DNA of 64,000 nucleotides from the IMG/VR virus record IMGVR_UViG_3300036790_000500, positions 43,054 to 107,053 of that record; one strand, written 5' to 3'. Positions 57,516 to 64,000 of the stretch are shown piece by piece. Position numbers and translations under genes: made by a program. A model generated the notes under the pieces. It ran no database searches, was not told the origin of the DNA, and was given only the letters and a program-made list of their open reading frames with translations. Every line of letters starts with the position of its first letter. The first letter of the stretch is position 1. The DNA is from a virus.

Positions 57516-59051
57516 GTGTACCAAAGCGCCTGGTGTAAACTGCAGCGAGTGGTCCTGAAGCGGGAGAGCCTCAATGAGGGTCGGTCGTTCCGGGGCACGA
57601 CGGACATCCGCATGAAGGACCTCCAGGCCCTCGTTGATGAGATGAGGGAGAAGGGAATCAAGGCCGGCCGCCTCGCCCCCGAGGGCGGCGTCCTCGATTG
57701 CGGAGGCTGGCCGTTCGACCCCAACATTTGGAAGGGGTTCGGTCCGCAGTCGGGCGCGGCCCTCGCCAAGGCCTCGACGGACAGTTCTCGCGACGTCTAC
57801 ACCCAGCACGTCCCCCAGGGCGGGACCGTGACCAAGAAGAACTACGGCGGTCGCGTGGGCTACACCCCCGGTCCGACGCGGCCCCATGCGAACGACAGCC
57901 TCGGCTCCACCATGGACCGCTACGACGTCGTGATGGTGGCGGATGTCGGGCAACGCGTCACCAAGACCGGTAAGACGGTTCAGACGGGCTCGCTTCAACG
58001 CCTGGTCTACTCACCGGCCATCGGAACCGGAGAGGAGCGGCGGGCCCGCCTCGAGGCCCTCCTCGCAGGCCAGACGCCTCCGCCCATCGGTCGCCGCCCC
58101 CAGCCGGAGGTGCCGGTGCCGGACCGCGACACGACCGGTCCTGCGGCCCAACCGGTCCGCCGCCAGGGTCAGAACGTTCGGCCGAGCAAGGACGAGAGTT
58201 TTCTCTATGAGATGTTTCTGGAAGAGGCGGTGGAGCAACCACTCACTCCCGAGCAGGTCGAGGGGATGGCACCCGGCGCCGTTGAGGAACTCCGTCAGGA
58301 ACTGGAGAGCCCAAACGAATGGAACCATCGCCGTGGAGCGTTTGCACGCGTCACCTTCGTGAAGGTTCCGAAGGGCAAGGGTGTCGGCCTCCGCGCTCGC
58401 GCGCCTTTTGCGGCTAAGATTCCCGTACCTGACTCCGATGACTTTGAGGTCTGGAATTACTATCCAGACCTCCACATGTGGAGGCTCGCTCCGGCTAAAG
58501 GTCCACTTCCGGCCTTCAAGCGTGACGCGATATCGATGGCTGATGCAGAGAAGGATTTTCCGAATGCGATGCCGTACTTTGACCACCAGGTGCTTGGGGT
58601 AGTTGGTCACGATGCGAAGGCGAATTTCTATCGGAGCGGTGGTTATCCCGATGGAACGATTAATGTCAAGGTTCAACAAAAGGGCGGAAAAACCTCAACT
58701 TGGAGTTGGTCGGAGAAGGACCAGGAGTGGCAGTCGGCGTCTCCACGACGGGACCTTAGCAAGGACACGGCCGAGACGCTTCTTCGGGATTACGCTGGGA
58801 AGTGGGTGACCGGAAGCGACCTTAAGCGAATCGCCAAGGAACTCGGTGGTGGTGACATGGGGTCCAGCATCCTAAAGTTCGTCGGCCGCCTCATCGCCGC
58901 AGGTGTTTTCTCAGACTGGGAGATTCCGGAACAGACTTCACTGGGCCGGCTGCACGGCCGTCCGGTGACCAATTGGGGTCCCGGCGGTAGCATCCGCACC
59001 CGTTTCAAGGTGTGTAGACCGGGTGAGGAGCCCCGCACCACCTATGGCTAA
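57516..59051 (+). CDS. Hypothetical multi-segment protein (possible internal head protein)
   Basis: GAGGAG RBS; LNE and LEE motifs; lower-GC second half. Confidence 0.6.
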   Translation: MYQSAWCKLQRVVLKRESLNEGRSFRGTTDIRMKDLQALVDEMREKGIKAGRLAPEGGVLDCGGWPFDPNIWKGFGPQSGAALAKASTDSSRDVYTQHVPQGGTVTKKNYGGRVGYTPGPTRPHANDSLGSTMDRYDVVMVADVGQRVTKTGKTVQTGSLQRLVYSPAIGTGEERRARLEALLAGQTPPPIGRRPQPEVPVPDRDTTGPAAQPVRRQGQNVRPSKDESFLYEMFLEEAVEQPLTPEQVEGMAPGAVEELRQELESPNEWNHRRGAFARVTFVKVPKGKGVGLRARAPFAAKIPVPDSDDFEVWNYYPDLHMWRLAPAKGPLPAFKRDAISMADAEKDFPNAMPYFDHQVLGVVGHDAKANFYRSGGYPDGTINVKVQQKGGKTSTWSWSEKDQEWQSASPRRDLSKDTAETLLRDYAGKWVTGSDLKRIAKELGGGDMGSSILKFVGRLIAAGVFSDWEIPEQTSLGRLHGRPVTNWGPGGSIRTRFKVCRPGEEPRTTYG

Positions 59052-59568
59052 GAAGTTCATCACGGAGAGGGAACTGGCCCTCGTCCACAGTTGGAGTTCC
59101 GAGTTGATGCAGGAGGTCTCCAAGCAGGACGTCCTGTACTACGCGATTGATTACGAGGCCAGTCGGGTGCATGACATCTACGACGAGGCCGTGGAGAAGG
59201 CGTACATGGCGCCGGTCCTCATCTCGGCCCGCACAGAGTTCAATCAGATAGCCACGACGGTTGGCAACGGGGTGGAGGACGCGGGCTACACCCTTAGCGT
59301 AGAACTCCACGTGAGCGAGTGCAACCAACGGAACGTGCATCCCCGTGAGGGCGACTTCATCGAGCACGGACAGGTGATGTTCGAAATCACCACCGTCGGC
59401 TACGCCGAGGCCGTGTTCGGTCAGATTAACGATAAGATGGCTTACAAACTCACTTGCGTGCCTAGCCGCGAGAGCCAGTTCAAGGCGGACAGTTCGACCC
59501 GAGACGGGGTCGACAACACACATCCGGTCCAACCCGCCCGACCGCGTTCCCTCGGTGATGACCTCTGA
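59044..59568 (+). CDS. Neck/head-closure protein (T4 gp14-like)
   Basis: VLYYAID...HDIYDEA..K and PREGDFI...FEI motifs; ATG at 59044. Confidence 0.75.
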   Translation: MAKKFITERELALVHSWSSELMQEVSKQDVLYYAIDYEASRVHDIYDEAVEKAYMAPVLISARTEFNQIATTVGNGVEDAGYTLSVELHVSECNQRNVHPREGDFIEHGQVMFEITTVGYAEAVFGQINDKMAYKLTCVPSRESQFKADSSTRDGVDNTHPVQPARPRSLGDDL

Positions 59569-59581
59569 AGAAAGGCTACCA

Positions 59582-60391
59582 ATGAAGCGACTTTACCTCC
59601 TCATGATTGTTATGTTCGCGGGAATCGCCGCCTTTGCCGGTTGCTGCCTCGGACCGAGCCCACGCTGGGCCCACTACGAGAGCCCGAACGACGCCCAGCA
59701 CTCGGTCTACAAGATTAAGGCCGAGATGGTCGTTGACGTCTCCTCAATCGCTGATGACCTCGGCCTCGCCCCCGACGACCCGACCACCAAAACCGCCAAG
59801 TGGTCCGGCACGGCCTGGGTTCAACAGAGTAGCACCAAGGAATCGTACATCGTCACCGCCGGTCACGTCTGCGAGGAGGCCGGCGGCATGTACTCATATG
59901 AGACCGTTGACTTCGAGAAAATGAAACTCGTGGAGCACAAGTTGCCAATCCTCAGCGTCAACTACACGCTCATTGACCAGGACGGCACTGAGTTCCATGG
60001 GGCCAAGGTGGTCCTGGACGACGACAGCGTTGACCTCTGCATGCTTGGAATCGCCGGTGACCTCGGTTCACCCCTGGCAATCTCGGGTCACGACCCGAGA
60101 TACTCCCAGGAGGGGTGGTACATCGGGGCCCCGTACGGCATTTGGGGCGGCGGCATCGCCGGCGTCTATAAAGTCGTTTTCTCGGGTCGGGGAAACGTCT
60201 TCGGCACGCGGCCGATGATGGCCTTCAGTTCGGCCTCGGCCGCCCCTGGCGCGTCGGGCTCACCCATCATGTTCGACGGTGAGGTCGTCGCCGTGCTCAC
60301 CGAGGGCGCGGACGGGTTCATGACATACACCCAGGGAGTCCCGCGAGATATCCTACAGGCCTTCTGCGACCGGGCCCACCACACGGAGTGA
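59582..60391 (+). CDS. Trypsin-like serine protease with lipoprotein-type signal peptide
   Basis: MKRLYLLMIVMFAGIAAFAG|C lipobox; catalytic TAGHVC, DLC and PGASGSP. Confidence 0.85.
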   Translation: MKRLYLLMIVMFAGIAAFAGCCLGPSPRWAHYESPNDAQHSVYKIKAEMVVDVSSIADDLGLAPDDPTTKTAKWSGTAWVQQSSTKESYIVTAGHVCEEAGGMYSYETVDFEKMKLVEHKLPILSVNYTLIDQDGTEFHGAKVVLDDDSVDLCMLGIAGDLGSPLAISGHDPRYSQEGWYIGAPYGIWGGGIAGVYKVVFSGRGNVFGTRPMMAFSSASAAPGASGSPIMFDGEVVAVLTEGADGFMTYTQGVPRDILQAFCDRAHHTE

Positions 60392-61303
60392 ATGCCTTTG
60401 ACCGATGAGGCCCCGCCGCCGTTTGAGCCGTCCGCGAGGACGATTCGCATCGAGGACATCGACCGCGGCGTGGTGGACTTCTTCGCGCGCGTCGTGGCGG
60501 CCCACTGCAAGAGCCCCCAGGGCGAGCGGGTGCTCGTTCCCGTCAAGTTCTCGTCGGGAGAGCGCTGGGTGGCCTCGGCCGACCGCGCCGGCATTCGAGA
60601 CCGGGACGGCCGGCTCATTCTGCCAATCATCCAGGTTAGACGTCAGGGCATCGACGCCCTGAACAACAAGACCGCCCTGGGAGCCAACGTGCCGCGGATG
60701 CAGGTCTCCCGCCTGGTCTCCGCTAAGACCTCAGACCTGAGGAACCTCGACCAGTCCCGGCCGATATCACTGCGCCGGCTGCGCGGCGGCTCGGTCTATG
60801 ACGTCTACACGGTGCCGTTCCCCAGCAACAACAACTTCCCCTACTTCGTTCGCATTCAGACCCAGAACCAGACCCAGATGAACGACATCATCGAGAAGTT
60901 GCTGTCTAAACTGGAGTTCTTTAACGTGCCGTCGTTCGTCATCTCCCTGGCCGGGGAGACCCGTCAGACGGGAATCAAGCAGGGCGACGGCGACACGGAG
61001 TTGCTCCCCGAGGACCACTCGGAGTTCGAGGAGAGGAAGCCGCTCGACAACTATTACTGCGTCGGGTACATCGAGGGCAAGATTGATGACCAAGGCAACC
61101 TGGAAGAGTTCACCGACCAGGAGCGCATTCTTCAGTTACAGTTTGGCTTTAGCGTCCCCACGGTCCTGATGCTGGACCCGGAGGGGGAACGCCCCGCGGT
61201 TCAGGTCCAGCGAACGGCCTTCGGGCTCTCTCTCGGTCGCGAGGAGGCCCACGTGATTGACGACCCCGCTGAGGCCGACCGCATCTTCGGGCGACCTAAA
61301 TGA
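60392..61303 (+). CDS. Tail terminator/sheath stabiliser (T4 gp15-like)
   Basis: IEDIDRGV, VPVKFSSGERW, RDRDGRLILPII and QMNDIIE motifs; precedes the sheath gene. Confidence 0.75.
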   Translation: MPLTDEAPPPFEPSARTIRIEDIDRGVVDFFARVVAAHCKSPQGERVLVPVKFSSGERWVASADRAGIRDRDGRLILPIIQVRRQGIDALNNKTALGANVPRMQVSRLVSAKTSDLRNLDQSRPISLRRLRGGSVYDVYTVPFPSNNNFPYFVRIQTQNQTQMNDIIEKLLSKLEFFNVPSFVISLAGETRQTGIKQGDGDTELLPEDHSEFEERKPLDNYYCVGYIEGKIDDQGNLEEFTDQERILQLQFGFSVPTVLMLDPEGERPAVQVQRTAFGLSLGREEAHVIDDPAEADRIFGRPK

Positions 61304-61334
61304 GGGCCCGACGGCTTGTCTAGAAAGCCGTGTC

Positions 61335-61340
61335 TATTTA
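61335..61340 (+). promoter_or_regulatory. Putative late promoter core TATTTA before the tail sheath gene
   Basis: AT-rich hexamer in a GC-rich spacer, just after the CGGCTT..AAGCCG hairpin. Confidence 0.45.
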
Positions 61341-61390
61341 ACGCCGGGGTTTTCTCCCCAACGGTCGTTTCGAAGAGGATGAGCAACTAA

Positions 61391-63763
61391 ATGGCGCAGA
61401 GCTTCCTGTCCCCCGGTGTCCAGACGAACGAGGTCGACCAGTCGTTCCTGCAGGCGGGAGCGCCGCAACCGGCTGCAATCATGATTGGACGGACCGCCAA
61501 GGGTCCGGCCTTCTATCCAGTCACGGTTAGCAACTACTCGGACTTCGTCTCCCAGTTCGGTGACGTAGACCCGACCGGTCGCCTCGCGAGCGCCCTACCG
61601 TACGCGGCTCGCAACTACCTGATGAACTCGACGTCCCTGACGGTCGTTCGCGTCCTCGGTTCCGCCGATGGCACGACGGTCAACAACGGGTACAACGTCG
61701 GTACAATCTTCGGCATCTGCGACACCTCAGGTTCGACGAATTCTACCGGTTCCGTTCTGGCGGTCGTCCATACCTCACAGCCCTTCGTCTCGATGAGCCT
61801 CGCGGGTGTCGCCGGAGACGCCAATCGGTTCGTGATTAAGTTCGGCACAGTCTTCGCGACTACGGCCAGTTTCCTCACGAGTTCCGACGACTACGTCGGA
61901 AAGTCCCTGAACAGCGACCCCACGCAGTACGGCACCTATGGCCACTACGTCTATCAGATTTTCGGCTATCAGACCCAGAACGTGTCGGCCTCGTGGTCGG
62001 CCGTCAACTCCATCTCCTCCTCGTTCACGGCGTTTAACCGCGACTACGACCACGGTCGGTCGGCCTTCATTAAGAGCCAGCCGGTCGGCGGAATCGAGTA
62101 CGACCTCTTCCGCTTCAACACCCTGGGCCGCGGTCGGGCGACCAACGACGACATCAAGATTCAAATCGACAACGTGAAGCCGTCGTCGGTCCCGAACGTC
62201 TACCCGTACGGCACCTTCGACGTCCTCGTTCGCTCCTTCTATGACAACGACAGCCGACCGGTTGTCCTCGAGACCTGGGCCGGCTGCACCCTCGACCCGA
62301 ACAGCCCGAACTTCATCTCCCGTCAAATCGGTGACGTCGACGAATCGTTCAACACCGCAACTCGTAAGTTCGCCATCAACTCCGGAAAGTATCCGAACAA
62401 GAGCCAATACGTTCGGGTCGAGATTCCCACGAACAACAACCCGCCTCCCACGGCGCTTCCGTGGGGCTTCCGCGGCTACTTTAAGACCCTCTTCTCCGGT
62501 TCGAACGCCGGCACCGGCGGCGCCCTCGGCGCCGCTCAGGTTCCGCCGCTGCAGTACGTCGTGAACCAGTTCGACACGAACGGCAACTACAACGGCAACA
62601 TCGTCTGGGGTGTGCAGTTCCTCTCGGGCGGCGTCGTTGACCGGATGCGGGCGATGCCTGACGGGGCGGTCAACGCGCTCGCTCCGCTCACGGCCTCGGA
62701 CCCGGACTTCTCGCTCCGGTTCCTCTCTGGAACGTACATCAACGGAAGCCTCCGGTTCGCCTATAACACAGCAACTCCGGTCAACTACCTTCCAATCTTT
62801 AGTTCGGCGTCCCTTCAGACCTTCACCGTTCCGTTCTGGGGTGGCTTCGACGGTTGGGACCTCCGCGTGGCGGACCCGCTGTACCTGAACAACACAGACG
62901 GAACCTCGGTGATTGGCGTCGTCGCCTCGCAGCGCGCCGTCGACTGCGTCGCCAATCCCGACCAGGTCGCGGGTAACACGCTCGCCCTTCCGGGCCAGAC
63001 CAACATCGCGGTCTGCGACTATGCGCGAAGCCTGGTCAACAGCCGCATGGACATGTACTACGTGATGGACGTGACGGGCGCGACGCCGAACGAGGTCATC
63101 GCGAACCTGAACGCCCGTCAAATCGACGACAACTACAGCGGCTGCTACTACCCCGACCTCTGGATTAAGGACCAGACCTCGAACAACATCCTCCGGATGC
63201 CGCCGTCGGTCGGCGTGATGGGCGCCCTCGCCTATAACGATAGAGTGGCCCAGGCGTTCTTCGCTCCCGCTGGCATGAACCGCGGCGGCCTCGGCCAGTT
63301 CGGCGTGATTGACATCGTCGACCGCCTGGACCACCAGGACCGCGACCAACTCTACGAGGCCCGCATCAACCCGATTACGAAGTTCCCCGTCGAGGGCATC
63401 GTGATATTCGGGCAGAAGACCCTGCAGTTGAAGCAGTCGTCGCTGACCCGGGTCAACGTTCGTCGTCTGCTCATCCTCGCGAAGGGCGCGGTGGCCTCGG
63501 TCGCCAACACCCTCCTCTTCGAGCCGAACAACCCGGCCACTTGGACCCGGTTCGTCAACAAGGTGAACCCAATCCTGGACGCCTATCGCAGTGCCCAGGG
63601 CATCAACCGGTTCAAGGTCGTGATGGACAACACCACGAACACCCCGGACAAGATTGACGCGAACGAGATGTACGGGAAGATATTCCTTGAGCCGGTCCAG
63701 GCCGCTGAGTTCGTGAGCATCGACTTCGTCATCACGGCGGCCGGAGTGACCTTCGGTAGTTGA
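61391..63763 (+). CDS. Tail sheath protein (T4 gp18-like)
   Basis: FLSPGVQTNEVDQS, GRTAKGPAF.P, YYPDL, FAPAG.NRG, INPI, FGQKTL and RVNVRRLL motifs. Confidence 0.95.
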   Translation: MAQSFLSPGVQTNEVDQSFLQAGAPQPAAIMIGRTAKGPAFYPVTVSNYSDFVSQFGDVDPTGRLASALPYAARNYLMNSTSLTVVRVLGSADGTTVNNGYNVGTIFGICDTSGSTNSTGSVLAVVHTSQPFVSMSLAGVAGDANRFVIKFGTVFATTASFLTSSDDYVGKSLNSDPTQYGTYGHYVYQIFGYQTQNVSASWSAVNSISSSFTAFNRDYDHGRSAFIKSQPVGGIEYDLFRFNTLGRGRATNDDIKIQIDNVKPSSVPNVYPYGTFDVLVRSFYDNDSRPVVLETWAGCTLDPNSPNFISRQIGDVDESFNTATRKFAINSGKYPNKSQYVRVEIPTNNNPPPTALPWGFRGYFKTLFSGSNAGTGGALGAAQVPPLQYVVNQFDTNGNYNGNIVWGVQFLSGGVVDRMRAMPDGAVNALAPLTASDPDFSLRFLSGTYINGSLRFAYNTATPVNYLPIFSSASLQTFTVPFWGGFDGWDLRVADPLYLNNTDGTSVIGVVASQRAVDCVANPDQVAGNTLALPGQTNIAVCDYARSLVNSRMDMYYVMDVTGATPNEVIANLNARQIDDNYSGCYYPDLWIKDQTSNNILRMPPSVGVMGALAYNDRVAQAFFAPAGMNRGGLGQFGVIDIVDRLDHQDRDQLYEARINPITKFPVEGIVIFGQKTLQLKQSSLTRVNVRRLLILAKGAVASVANTLLFEPNNPATWTRFVNKVNPILDAYRSAQGINRFKVVMDNTTNTPDKIDANEMYGKIFLEPVQAAEFVSIDFVITAAGVTFGS

Positions 63764-63774
63764 GGAGACACGCG

Positions 63775-64000
63775 GTGGTCAATCGTAAGTTGCTCGGTGA
63801 GATGTTCGGCGTGGTCGTGTCCGAGGACAGGGTCGCGACCCGCGCCCTCACCGACATCATCGCGAAGGCGATAGCCGGCGGGGGGCTCTCTCCCCTTGAG
63901 CGGCAGTGGGCCGACCAACTCACCCAGGCCATCGCGAAGTCCGGTCCCGAGGCGCTCAGTTATCCCGTCCTTGGGCTCAAGGCCCCGAAGGCCGAGCCCA
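63775..64000 (+). CDS. Hypothetical protein, 5' fragment
   Basis: GAGGAG at 63762, then GTG and an open frame (MVNRKLLGEMFG...) to the window end. Confidence 0.55.
   Translation, partial: MVNRKLLGEMFGVVVSEDRVATRALTDIIAKAIAGGGLSPLERQWADQLTQAIAKSGPEALSYPVLGLKAPKAEP

Noticed and set aside
61775-63349. Long minus-strand ORFs (also 48877-50025, 53129-54118, 1749-2744, 42868-43779 and others)
   Set aside because: Antisense shadows of well-supported + strand genes, as expected at high GC.
1-64000. Stop-codon reassignment, as seen in some large phages
   Set aside because: Core genes are intact in the standard code, and TAA, TGA and TAG all terminate genes.

Overview
This 64 kb window is a GC-rich segment of a large T4-like (myovirus-type) phage genome, and essentially every real gene is on the + strand. 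In order, it contains: (1) a sugar-nucleotide and glycosylation cluster (RpiB fragment, two HldE-like PfkB kinases, transaldolase, cupin, two glycosyltransferases, methyltransferase, UDP-glucose dehydrogenase-like enzyme, HldE-like nucleotidyltransferase); (2) an FmdB zinc ribbon and a gp55-like late sigma factor; (3) baseplate and tail-appendage genes; (4) RuvC-like, primase-like and fused Mre11-Rad50 genes; (5) putative lysis genes; (6) terminase, a portal with two HNH inteins, prohead protease, ribosomal protein bS21, scaffold and major capsid; (7) decoration or fibre paralogs, neck proteins, a lipoprotein trypsin-like protease, tail terminator and tail sheath. The most intriguing signal is a pervasive [S/T]-G-S motif in virion proteins that is almost absent from the enzymes. 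It sits next to a phage-encoded heptose-like sugar activation and transfer pathway, which suggests a sequon-directed virion glycosylation system (hypothesis only). Other notable items are a Pro-initiated atypical intein, strong GATC/AGCT avoidance, an ATT-started structural gene, a TAnnTA late-promoter motif and a candidate single-chain spanin with a C-terminal beta-anchor. All calls come from motif recognition by eye; no searches were run.
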